Positions 1 through 8,686 of a stretch of DNA of 64,000 bases are shown one piece after another; positions within the stretch are counted from its first letter, which is position 1, and each line of letters begins with the position of its first letter. The notes under the pieces were generated by a model, which was not told the origin of the DNA, ran no database searches, and worked only from the letters and a program-made list of their open reading frames with translations. A program made the translations under genes and the position numbers. Origin of the DNA: Gemmatimonadales bacterium (GTDB taxonomy: Bacteria > Gemmatimonadota > Gemmatimonadetes > Gemmatimonadales > GWC2-71-9); NCBI GenBank assembly GCA_044229445.1, contig JBGASX010000012.1:4671-68670 (forward strand), given 5' to 3'.

Positions 1-366
1 CTGCAGCCGTATGCCTACACCCAGCAGGTGGTCGGGCCGGCGGGCGGCACACTGCACATCGGCAAGCATCTCCTGGTCATCCCCGCAGGCGCGCTGGCAC
101 AAGCCACGCTGATCACGGGTGAGGCGCCCTCCGACTTCGTGAGCTCGGTCCGGTTCAAGCCCGAGGGGCTGCACTTCCTCCGTGGCGCCACACTCACCCT
201 GGACTACTCCAGTTGCCCGGCGGCGAGGCTCCAGCTGCTCAAGCGGGTGGCCTACACCACCGACGGTCTCGACATCCTGAGCTACCTGCTCTCCCGCGAT
301 GACCTGCTCCACATGAGGGTCAGTGCGGACCTGCAGCACTTCTCCCGGTACGCGGTGGCCTGGTAG
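1..366 (+). CDS. hypothetical protein, C-terminal fragment (5' end outside window)
   Basis: Frame +1 is open from base 1 (LQPYAYTQQVVGPAGG...) to the stop at 364-366. No domain recognised. Confidence 0.4.
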   Translation: MQPYAYTQQVVGPAGGTLHIGKHLLVIPAGALAQATLITGEAPSDFVSSVRFKPEGLHFLRGATLTLDYSSCPAARLQLLKRVAYTTDGLDILSYLLSRDDLLHMRVSADLQHFSRYAVAW

Positions 367-368
367 TC

Positions 369-1991
369 ATGCCTGTCGTCCGGCGGGCCAGTGCACTCGG
401 CGGGGTGGGAGAGACGACGGAGACGCCGCCATCCGCGGGCGACTGCCTCGCCGAGGCCCGTGTGCACGAGCGGGCGGGACGAATGCCCGAGGCGATCGCG
501 GCCTTCGAGGCCGCGATCCACCTCGCGGACCTCGAGGAGGAGCCGCGGATTCTGGCCGAGGCGCTGCGGCGGCTCAGCGTCCTCTGTCACCTGCGGAGTG
601 AACCGGAGCGGTCCCGGTCGCTGTGCCGTCGGAGCCACGAGACGGCCCGGGCGCTTGGCGATCGAGGGCTCGCCGCCGAGGCGCTGAATACCCTCGGAGG
701 ATTTGAATTCGAGCATGGGGCGATGGGGCCGGCGCGCGAGCTGCTGCAGCAGGCGCTGCTGCTCGGTGGCGACCGGGCCGATCTGCGAAGCCGGATCGAG
801 CAGAACCTTGGCATCATCGCCACGATTCAGGGCGACCACGCTGCGGCGCTCGTGCATTACCGGTCCTCCCTCGATGCCTGTCAGGCATCCGGGGACGAGA
901 AGGGCTGCGCGATCGCCTATCACAATCTTGCGATGATCAGCGCCGATCGCCTCGAGTGGGACCAGGCGGAATGCTACTACGCAGCCAGCGAACGGATTGC
1001 CGAGCGGATCGGTGACGTGCACCTGCAGGGACTCTGCCGGCTCAACCACGCGGAGGTCCATCTGGCACGGCAGGCCTACGGTCCGGCGCGGGAGAGCGCC
1101 GAGGCGGCGCTGGCGATCTTCGATCGCCTGGGCTCCCGCATCGACAAGGCGGATGCCTACCGGGTGATCGGGATGGTATACCGCGCGACCGGACGGAACG
1201 CGCTGGCGGAGGCGAGACTCCGCTCGGCGATCGCGACCGCGGTGGAGACCGGCTCCGTCCTCAGTGAGGCCGAGGCCTGCCGGGAACTGGCCAGACTCTT
1301 CCAGACGATGGGCCGCAATCAGGAGGCGCTGGCACACCTCAACACGGCATGGCGGCTGTTCGGGCGACTCGATGCGCATCTCGACCTCGTCGACGTCGAG
1401 GCCAAGGTGTCGGATCTCGAAGGGACCTTCCTCGCCGTCGTGCGCGACTGGGGTGAGTCGATCGAATCGGCGGACAGCTACACCCACGGGCATTGCGAGC
1501 GGGTGGCCGATCTGGCCGTCGCGGTCGCCCGCGAACTCGGCCTCTCCGAGGGGGACGTCACCACCATCCGCCTTGGTGCCTACCTCCACGACGTCGGCAA
1601 GGTGAAGGTCCCGCACGAGATCCTGAACAAGCCCGGGCGGCTGACCAGTGAAGAGTTCGCGGTGATCCAGCAGCACCCCGTCTGGGGCGTCGAGCTGCTG
1701 GCGTCGATCGAGTTTCCCTGGGACATCAAGCCGATCATTCGCTGGCACCATGAGAAATACGATGGCTCGGGCTATCCGGACCGTCTGGTGGGCGACCAGA
1801 TACCGCTGGGCGCCCAGATCATCGGCATCGTCGATGTCTATGATGCCCTGACCACGACCCGGAGCTACCGCGCCGCAATGCCCCCCGAGGAGGCGATTGC
1901 CTGCATGCGCATGACCCCCGGCGCCTGGCGCAGCGAGCTCTTCGAAGCGTTCCTCCGGGCGACGGCCGTCCCGTGGGCGGCGGTGGCCTGA
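369..1991 (+). CDS. TPR-repeat / HD-GYP domain signalling protein (probable c-di-GMP phosphodiesterase family)
   Basis: 540-aa ORF. The N-terminal two-thirds are TPR-like helical repeats. The C-terminus carries HD-GYP signatures (HGHCERVADLA, YLHDVGKVKVP, WHHEKYDGSGYPDRL). Confidence 0.85.
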   Translation: MPVVRRASALGGVGETTETPPSAGDCLAEARVHERAGRMPEAIAAFEAAIHLADLEEEPRILAEALRRLSVLCHLRSEPERSRSLCRRSHETARALGDRGLAAEALNTLGGFEFEHGAMGPARELLQQALLLGGDRADLRSRIEQNLGIIATIQGDHAAALVHYRSSLDACQASGDEKGCAIAYHNLAMISADRLEWDQAECYYAASERIAERIGDVHLQGLCRLNHAEVHLARQAYGPARESAEAALAIFDRLGSRIDKADAYRVIGMVYRATGRNALAEARLRSAIATAVETGSVLSEAEACRELARLFQTMGRNQEALAHLNTAWRLFGRLDAHLDLVDVEAKVSDLEGTFLAVVRDWGESIESADSYTHGHCERVADLAVAVARELGLSEGDVTTIRLGAYLHDVGKVKVPHEILNKPGRLTSEEFAVIQQHPVWGVELLASIEFPWDIKPIIRWHHEKYDGSGYPDRLVGDQIPLGAQIIGIVDVYDALTTTRSYRAAMPPEEAIACMRMTPGAWRSELFEAFLRATAVPWAAVA

Positions 1992-2884
1992 GCCCCGCCG
2001 TGGAGCCTCCCGCGTCATCCTCGGGAGAGGCCCTCTTCGAGCTCGCCATGGCAACTGCCCGCCGTGGAGAGCTGCAGGCCGCTGACCAGCTTGCCCGTCA
2101 GCTGTACCGGGAGACCTCCGATCCAGGCCGCCTCACACGGCTGGCCAATCTCCTGGGGGGTATCGCCTTCGAGGCCGGTCGCCTCGACGAAGCGGAAGGC
2201 TGGCTGGAGGAGGTCATCCGCCGGTCCGGGCCCGGGATCGATCCGCTCATGGCGGCACGCGCGTCCAACAACCTCGCCTCCATCGCCCACCTGCGCGGCA
2301 AGCGCCATCTTGCGCTGAGCCTCTACCAGAGCGCCCTGCGCATCTGGTCCGAAGCGGGCGACCGACTCGGTGAGGCGCAGACCGCGCACAACCTCGGCAT
2401 CGTGGCCAGGGAAGAGGGGGAATTCGCCGCGGCATGGCTCCATGCCGAGCGGGCGGTGAGAGCTGCCCGGTTGGCCGGGGACCCGGGTCTGGAGGGGCTG
2501 GCGCTGATGGGGCGTGCGGAAATCGCGCTCGCGCGTGGCGATGGGACGGCGGCGCGCGCCGACCTCGCAACGGCACGTGCGCTCGTGAGGCAGGCAGGGG
2601 ATGCCGGCGGGTCAGTGGAGGCCGATCGTCTGGCGGCCCGGATCGCGCTCGCCGAAGGCAGGCCGCGGGAGGCGCTCCGCATGGCGCAGGCCGGCTACGC
2701 CGCGGCCAGTCGGCTGGGCATGAGCCAGCTGGCCGGCGAATGCGCCGAACTCTGCGCCCTCGCCTCCCGCAGGCTGCTGCCGGCCGAGCGCGTGGCCGGC
2801 TACCGTGCCGAGGCCACTCGCCGCTATGCGGCGCTCGGCGCCAGGGCGCTGCTTCGGCGCATGACCTCGGAATCCGGGCGCTGA
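1973..2884 (+). CDS. TPR-repeat protein
   Basis: 303-aa Ala/Leu/Arg-rich ORF with repeated TPR-like helix pairs (e.g. NNLASIAHLRGKRHLALSLYQSALRIW, HNLGIVAREEGEFAAAWLHAERAV). The start is uncertain; it overlaps the upstream stop. Confidence 0.6.
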   Translation: MGGGGLSPAVEPPASSSGEALFELAMATARRGELQAADQLARQLYRETSDPGRLTRLANLLGGIAFEAGRLDEAEGWLEEVIRRSGPGIDPLMAARASNNLASIAHLRGKRHLALSLYQSALRIWSEAGDRLGEAQTAHNLGIVAREEGEFAAAWLHAERAVRAARLAGDPGLEGLALMGRAEIALARGDGTAARADLATARALVRQAGDAGGSVEADRLAARIALAEGRPREALRMAQAGYAAASRLGMSQLAGECAELCALASRRLLPAERVAGYRAEATRRYAALGARALLRRMTSESGR

Positions 2885-2920
2885 CTCTCGCGGACTGGCG
2901 GGGGCAGGTATCTTCTGTCC

Positions 2921-3937
2921 ATGTCCATCACCCATATTGGCTGGGCGCCGGATGCCGGCGTACGCTTTCTCGACCAGACGCTGCTCCCGAGCGAGGAACG
3001 GTACCTCGAGGTCTACACCGTCGAGGAGATCGCCGAGGCGATCCGCATCCTGAGAGTGCGCGGGGCGCCGCTCATCGGCGTCGCGGCGGCCATGGGGGCG
3101 ACGCTCGCCGCGCGCAACCTTCCCGCGGGAGCGCCCCCCGCAGTGGCCCTCGAAACGGCCCTCGCCGCCTGTGACCTGCTCGAAGCCACCCGCCCGACGG
3201 CGGTGAACCTCGCCTGGGCCCTCGCCCGCATGCGTACGGCCGCGCGCCGGAGCGGCGGGGAGGGACTGCATGCGGCGCTTCTCGCCGAGGCCAATGCCAT
3301 CTGGGAGGAGGACCGCGCGATGTGCGAACGCATCGGCGCGGCCGGCCTGCCGCTGGTGCCGGACGGCGCGCTGGTCCTCACGCACTGCAATGCCGGGGCG
3401 CTTGCGACGGGCGGCATTGGCACCGCCCTCGCGCCGATCTATCACGCCCATGCGCTGGGACGGAAGATACGGGTCATCGCGGATGAGACCCGTCCGCTGC
3501 TGCAGGGCAGTCGGCTGACGGCGTGGGAACTCACCAATGCCGGCATTCCGACGACGGTGATCGCGGACAACATGGCCGCGAGCCGGCTCCGCCTCGGCGA
3601 CGTCACCTGCGTGATTGTCGGTGCCGACCGGATCGCCCGGAACGGTGATGTGGCCAACAAGATCGGTACGTACAGTGTGGCACTGGCTGCCCGCGAGCAC
3701 GGCGTGCCGTTCTACGTCGCCGCGCCGAGGTCGACCTTCGACCCGATGACCCCGGACGGGCCCGCGATTCCGATCGAGGAGCGCACTCCGGACGAAGTGC
3801 GCCGGGTCGGCCCCGCGGCGGCGCGCGCCACCATCTGGAATCCGGCCTTCGACGTCACTCCCGCCGCGCTGGTGCGCGGTTACATCACCGATGCCGGGCT
3901 GCTGACGAAAGAGCAACTGGGCCGCCTCGCCGACTAG
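2921..3937 (+). CDS. mtnA: S-methyl-5-thioribose-1-phosphate isomerase (eIF-2B alpha/beta/delta family)
   Basis: 338-aa ORF with family hallmarks: LDQTLLP, VRGAPLIGVAAAMG, THCNAGALATGGIGTA, GADRIARNGDVANKIGTY. Confidence 0.85.
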   Translation: MSITHIGWAPDAGVRFLDQTLLPSEERYLEVYTVEEIAEAIRILRVRGAPLIGVAAAMGATLAARNLPAGAPPAVALETALAACDLLEATRPTAVNLAWALARMRTAARRSGGEGLHAALLAEANAIWEEDRAMCERIGAAGLPLVPDGALVLTHCNAGALATGGIGTALAPIYHAHALGRKIRVIADETRPLLQGSRLTAWELTNAGIPTTVIADNMAASRLRLGDVTCVIVGADRIARNGDVANKIGTYSVALAAREHGVPFYVAAPRSTFDPMTPDGPAIPIEERTPDEVRRVGPAAARATIWNPAFDVTPAALVRGYITDAGLLTKEQLGRLAD

Positions 3938-3982
3938 GCTCGCGGCCAGAATCGCCTGACAACCAACCCGCACCGTCCGCCG

Positions 3983-5464
3983 ATGCCATCGATCCTCGCC
4001 CTCGATCAGGGCACCACCGGCAGTACCGCGCTCGTCATTCACCAGGACGGGCGCATCCTCGGCCGCGGGTATCGCGAGTTCACTCAGTTCTTTCCGCGGC
4101 CGGGCTGGGTGGAGCACGATCCGGAGGAGATTCTCCGGGTAACGGTGGAGGCCGCGCGCGAGGCAATCACTGCGGCCGGCGAGATGCCCACCGGGGTGGG
4201 GATCACCAATCAGCGGGAGACCGTCGTCCTCTGGGACCGCGCCACGCTCCGTCCCGTGGCGCCCGCGATCGTCTGGCAGGACCGCCGCACCGCGGAGCGA
4301 TGCCGCGAACTGAAGGCAGCCGGTTGTGAGGCGATGATCCGGGAACGTACCGGGCTGCTTCTCGATCCCTACTTCTCCGCGACCAAGCTGGAACTGCTGC
4401 TTCGGGATCCCGAGTCGAGGCGCCGAGCCGAACGGGGAGAACTCGCGGCGGGGACGATCGACACCTGGCTCATCGCGCGACTGACCGGTGGGCGCGTCCA
4501 CGTCACCGACCATACCAACGCCTCCCGGACCCTGCTGTACGGACTCGCGTCGCGGGACTGGGATCCCGCGCTGCTGGATCTCTTCGGCGTGCCGAGAAGT
4601 GTGCTGCCCGAGATCGTCCCGTCGGCGGGAACGGTGGGTGAATCCGACGCGGAGTTCTTCGGCGCTGCGCTCCCGATCGCAGGGATCGCCGGCGACCAGC
4701 AGGCGGCGCTCTTCGGCCAGGGCTGCGTACGGGAGGGTCTCGCGAAGAACACCTACGGGACCGGGGCGTTCCTGCTCACCTATACCGGGCAGCACCGTCC
4801 CAGTCCGGGGGAGGGCCTGCTGCTGACGGCGGCCTGCGGCCCCCGCGGCGAGCCGGCCTATGCGCTGGAAGGAAGCGTCTTCATCGCGGGCGCTGCCATC
4901 CAGTGGCTGCGCGACGGCCTGGGCCTCATCGCGCGGGCGCACGAGACCGAGGCGCTGGCGCGTTCGGTGGCTGACACGGGCGGGGTCTATTTCGTCCCGG
5001 CCTTTGTGGGGCTGGGGTCGCCGCACTGGGAGGCCGAAGCCCGTGGGACGATCGTCGGACTGACCCGCGGCACGACGCGCGCCCACCTGGTCCGCGCGGC
5101 GCTGGAGGCGATGGCATTCGCCAGCGCCGATCTGCTCCAGTCGATGGCTGCGGCCTCGCATCTCACCGTCTCGGCCCTGAGAGTCGACGGCGGCGCGACG
5201 GCAAACGACTGGATGATGCAGTTCCAGTCGGACGTCCTCGGCGTGCCGGTCGAGCGGCCGGACAACGTCGAGACGACGGCCCTCGGCGCCGGGGCGCTCG
5301 CGGGGATCGCGCTCGGGGTATGGCCGGCGATCGATGCCTTTCTCGCGGGCCGGGTGTTCACGCGGTTCGAGCCCGGGCTCGACCCGGCGGGGCGCGAGGA
5401 GGGCTGGCGTGGCTGGCGTCGGGCGGTTCACGCGACACTCGCCTGGGCGAGGCATCATCCCTGA
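3983..5464 (+). CDS. glpK: glycerol kinase
   Basis: 493-aa ORF with FGGY-kinase/GlpK motifs: ILALDQGTTGS, GWVEHDPEEI, GITNQRETVVLWD, AGDQQAALFGQGC, VDGGATANDWMMQFQSD. Confidence 0.92.
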   Translation: MPSILALDQGTTGSTALVIHQDGRILGRGYREFTQFFPRPGWVEHDPEEILRVTVEAAREAITAAGEMPTGVGITNQRETVVLWDRATLRPVAPAIVWQDRRTAERCRELKAAGCEAMIRERTGLLLDPYFSATKLELLLRDPESRRRAERGELAAGTIDTWLIARLTGGRVHVTDHTNASRTLLYGLASRDWDPALLDLFGVPRSVLPEIVPSAGTVGESDAEFFGAALPIAGIAGDQQAALFGQGCVREGLAKNTYGTGAFLLTYTGQHRPSPGEGLLLTAACGPRGEPAYALEGSVFIAGAAIQWLRDGLGLIARAHETEALARSVADTGGVYFVPAFVGLGSPHWEAEARGTIVGLTRGTTRAHLVRAALEAMAFASADLLQSMAAASHLTVSALRVDGGATANDWMMQFQSDVLGVPVERPDNVETTALGAGALAGIALGVWPAIDAFLAGRVFTRFEPGLDPAGREEGWRGWRRAVHATLAWARHHP

Positions 5465-5507
5465 CGCGCCGCGTGGAAGGCCGCGCGCCGGACAGTCCGG
5501 GAAAAGG

Positions 5508-5540
5508 AACGGGGCGACCGATGCCGGTCGCCCCGTTTCG
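5508..5540. terminator. candidate bidirectional stem-loop terminator between convergent glpK and the beta-barrel gene
   Basis: Inverted repeat AACGGGGCGACCG-atgc-CGGTCGCCCCGTT, flanked by GAAAAGG upstream (T-run on the minus strand) and TTCG downstream. Confidence 0.5.
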
Positions 5541-5558
5541 CGTGCGTGTCCGGTGGCG

Positions 5559-7181
5559 TCAGAAGCGCCAGGTCAGGCTGCTGTAGAAGAGCGTGGTCGT
5601 GAACCCGGGACTCTTCTCCCGCTGGCCGGACAGCGACAGGAACCAGCTGCGCGCCAGACTCACGTCGAGGTCGAGCCCATACCATGTGATCGTGCTGCTG
5701 GGCGGACTGTTGTGCGGGTTCCGGTCCTTGCGCAGGCCGCCCTCGAGGTCCACATGAATCGGCTGCCACGGATCCGCTCCCAGTCGCAGCACGTAGATCT
5801 CGCCGCTGTTCTTGAGCGAGAAACCGGTGCTGTCCGGGCTGGCATGGCTCTGGTACCAGGTCGCTCGGCTCGTCACACTGAGGTGCAGGGGCGTGAACCG
5901 GTCCAGTCCGAAGGTCCCGGTGTAGGACGTCGCCTTCCCCGCACCGGCGCCGTCCGAGAAGCGGACGTCGCCCGAGACACGCGTGCGATGCCCCATCAGC
6001 GAGAGTCCGCCCCAGACGCCCTGACGGTAGGCATCGTCGAAGGCGATCGCGGGATTGGTCGCGTCCCGATAGAGCCGCACGCTGCGGCGGTTGTCGTAGC
6101 CGCCGTTGAACGAGAGCCAGCTCGCCGGCCGAACGGCGCCATTCAGGTAGGTGCTGGTCGGCGAGATGGAGTTCTCACCAAGGGAAACCTTCCACGGCCG
6201 GTAGTAATCCACCTCCTGCAGGGCATACAGCGACACCACCCGGCTGCTCACGCTGGCCTGTGCGAAGGCAAACTCGCGGTTGGATTTCCCGCCCGCGTAG
6301 GAGCCGACCGCGCCCGTCGTGAAGGACCACGGGATTCCGCGCCCGGCCTTGTTATGCAGCTGGACGTATCCGCCGAAGTCCTGGATCTCCTTCGAGAATC
6401 CGAGGTTGACCTTGTCCGGCTCCACGCCACCAAACGCGCCGAAGGTCAGGTGCGACCCCCCGACCTCGACGAGGGCGCCGTCGAAAAGGCTCACCCAGGT
6501 GACGGCGGTGAGATACTGCCGTCCGGCCGCCATGCGGAACCGGTCCCCGGGCGCGTTCCAGAGCAGGGCGGCCTGATACACCCGCGTGTGCCCATCCACG
6601 GCACTCGAGCCGTCCGAGCGGGTCGCCGCGGTGCGTCGGGTCCGCAGGTCCACCGCCAGTCCGAATGGTGATCCCCCCAGTTCGCTGCCATCGAGGCGCA
6701 GGTCGAGGGACGGCTGATTGAACCCGCCGCTGTTCGGGGTGGTCTGGGAGAGGAGGTAGCGGCCACCGACGCGACCGTGAAGCCCCGGTCCGCTCAGCCG
6801 GTGGGGGCGTGATCGTGCCCTCGCGAGGGTCGCCGGATCGCCGCGCTTCGCCGACGCCGACGGGGTGAATCGCACCAGGTCGCCCACCGCGATGTCGGTA
6901 GCCCCGCGAACCACCTCGCAGGAGGACTGTCGTGAAGAGAGGTACACCACCTTGAGGGTCGCGGCGGTGGAATCGTGCCGGATCACCGACAGCTCCTGGC
7001 CCTCCACCAGGCCGTCGGTGCGCCCCGCGCTCACATAGATCGAGGTGCCGGAGATGTACGTGACACTCGCGCTCAGGACCGAACTGGTGTCCTGGGCGGC
7101 GCTCGTCGAGGTGAGGCCGATGCCGAATAGGATGGCCGCGCACGCGCCCCGAAGGGCTGTCTGCATCGGTAGTCTCCGCAT
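5559..7181 (-). CDS. outer-membrane beta-barrel protein, last gene of cytochrome cluster 1
   Basis: The track ORF 5559..8036 is trimmed to the in-frame ATG at 7181 (MRRLPMQTALRGACAAILFGIGLTSTSAAQD, a signal peptide), because its upstream part overlaps the 17-haem gene. The body shows alternating hydrophobic/polar strands rich in Y/W/G/S/R, and the C-terminus LTWRF is a typical barrel beta-signal. Confidence 0.65.
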   Translation of the reverse strand: MRRLPMQTALRGACAAILFGIGLTSTSAAQDTSSVLSASVTYISGTSIYVSAGRTDGLVEGQELSVIRHDSTAATLKVVYLSSRQSSCEVVRGATDIAVGDLVRFTPSASAKRGDPATLARARSRPHRLSGPGLHGRVGGRYLLSQTTPNSGGFNQPSLDLRLDGSELGGSPFGLAVDLRTRRTAATRSDGSSAVDGHTRVYQAALLWNAPGDRFRMAAGRQYLTAVTWVSLFDGALVEVGGSHLTFGAFGGVEPDKVNLGFSKEIQDFGGYVQLHNKAGRGIPWSFTTGAVGSYAGGKSNREFAFAQASVSSRVVSLYALQEVDYYRPWKVSLGENSISPTSTYLNGAVRPASWLSFNGGYDNRRSVRLYRDATNPAIAFDDAYRQGVWGGLSLMGHRTRVSGDVRFSDGAGAGKATSYTGTFGLDRFTPLHLSVTSRATWYQSHASPDSTGFSLKNSGEIYVLRLGADPWQPIHVDLEGGLRKDRNPHNSPPSSTITWYGLDLDVSLARSWFLSLSGQREKSPGFTTTLFYSSLTWRF

Positions 7182-7243
7182 GCGCCTCCCGGTGCGGGGC
7201 TCGCCCCGCTGCTCGCGCTGAGGTCGTTCCAGGGTGCTCGGCA

Positions 7244-8686
7244 TCAGTCGCAGGTCCCCTGGTTGAGGTAGGTGCAGGTCGGACGGTGATGGTGGGTGCT
7301 GCACGTCGACTGCTTGAGGTCGCTGGTCACATGGCAGGTGGCGCACACGTTGTTCGCACCCTGATGCCGGGCACTGAACATCGAGTGGTACTGGGTCGGC
7401 AGCGTGACGCCCGCGTCCCAGGCCACCGTATTGCTGGAGCCGGAGTGGCAGGTGATGCAGGTCTGCGGCCAGTTGTACTGCGTGTGGCTCGGGTTCGCCG
7501 CACTGGTGTAGTCCGCCAGATGGCACACCTGGCAGGTGGTAAGCGTCCCCTGGGTCCCCTTGTAGACACCATTGGTGTGGCACTTGTCGCAGGCCGTCGT
7601 GATGTGCGTGCCGGTAAGCTGGAACGCAGTGGTGCTGTGCTTGAACGTCGACGGGACCCACGCGTTCGTGTTGTGACAGTTCGTGCACGTCGTGACGAAG
7701 CTCGGCAGCGTGTGGGCCGGGTTGGGGACGGGCGCGCCGTTGGTGCCGTTGTAGTCCTTCTGGTGACAGCTGAAGCAGTCGGTCGGCTTGCCCTTGTAGA
7801 CGCCGTCCGCATGGCACTGGACGCAGTTCAGCGCCTGGTGGCCACCCGTCAGCGGGAACTGGCCCTTCGAGTGATCGAAGGCGGCATTCCAGTCCGAGGT
7901 GTTGTGGCAGAGCACGCAGTCCGTGCTGAAACCGCTCGAGCTGTGCGGCGGAGTCGCCGTCGCGTTGTACTTGTCCAGGTGACAGCTCACGCACGTTGTG
8001 CCGAGTGGCGTCTGGAAGTTCGAATTCTTGTGACACTGGTCGCAGGCCGTTCGGGCATGCACCCCCGTCAGCGGGAAGCCCGACGCGTCATGATTGAATC
8101 GCGCCGTCGTCCACGCGGTCACGCTGTGACACTGGGTGCAATCCTGCGGGAAGTTGTTCTGGAGGTGGTCGGGCGCCTTCGCGGCCAGATAGTTCGGCCG
8201 GTGGCAGCTGATGCAGTCGGCCGCCCGGGCGACGAACTGCAGATGCCCCTGTTCGGTCGGGGCGTGGCACGCCGTGCAGTCCGTCGCGAGGTGGGCACCC
8301 TCCAGCGGGAACCGGGTCAGCTGGTGGGCCCGGGTCATCCGCCCGCGGTCGATGAAGCTGCGGGTGGTATGACACTGGACGCAATCGGCGCCCAGTTCGC
8401 CCCGGTGCGCATCCTCATGGCAGGAGGCGCAGGTGCTCGGCGTGCCCTTGAAGTCGAGGGACTGGTGACAGGCGCGGCAGGCCGCGGTCGTGTGCGCGCC
8501 GATGAGGGAGAAACCGAACTTGTTGTGATCGAACGACCGGCTGATCGTCACGTGGGTCCACCCTTCCGAGCGGTGGCACGCGATGCAGTCGACCTTCAGC
8601 TCGCCATGCGGGGAGCGGGTGCGCTCCTGGGCCGCGAGGGGCCCCGCGAGGAGCAGGGCGAGGCCAACGAGGATCAGTCGCTTCAT
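7244..8686 (-). CDS. periplasmic multihaem c-type cytochrome, 17 CXXCH motifs
   Basis: 480-aa ORF with signal peptide MKRLILVGLALLLAGPLAAQ. I count 17 CXXCH, arranged in repeated modules of the form F-x-H-x(3-4)-F-x-L-x-G-x-H-x(4)-C-x-x-C-H. The start overlaps the upstream stop (ATGA at 8683-8686). Confidence 0.9.
   Translation of the reverse strand: MKRLILVGLALLLAGPLAAQERTRSPHGELKVDCIACHRSEGWTHVTISRSFDHNKFGFSLIGAHTTAACRACHQSLDFKGTPSTCASCHEDAHRGELGADCVQCHTTRSFIDRGRMTRAHQLTRFPLEGAHLATDCTACHAPTEQGHLQFVARAADCISCHRPNYLAAKAPDHLQNNFPQDCTQCHSVTAWTTARFNHDASGFPLTGVHARTACDQCHKNSNFQTPLGTTCVSCHLDKYNATATPPHSSSGFSTDCVLCHNTSDWNAAFDHSKGQFPLTGGHQALNCVQCHADGVYKGKPTDCFSCHQKDYNGTNGAPVPNPAHTLPSFVTTCTNCHNTNAWVPSTFKHSTTAFQLTGTHITTACDKCHTNGVYKGTQGTLTTCQVCHLADYTSAANPSHTQYNWPQTCITCHSGSSNTVAWDAGVTLPTQYHSMFSARHQGANNVCATCHVTSDLKQSTCSTHHHRPTCTYLNQGTCD

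Noticed and set aside
282-5458. Very long minus-strand ORFs (282..2054, 590 aa; 2612..5458, 948 aa) antisense to the HD-GYP, TPR, mtnA and glpK genes.
   Set aside because: The products are Arg/Pro/Gly-rich and low in complexity, with no motifs. They lie antisense to ORFs with unmistakable family signatures. Shadow ORFs like these are typical of high-GC DNA.
7182-8036. N-terminal 285-aa extension of the 825-aa track ORF 5559..8036.
   Set aside because: It overlaps the 17-haem cytochrome gene out of frame and has shadow-ORF composition. An internal ATG at 7181 yields a proper signal peptide, so the barrel gene was trimmed.
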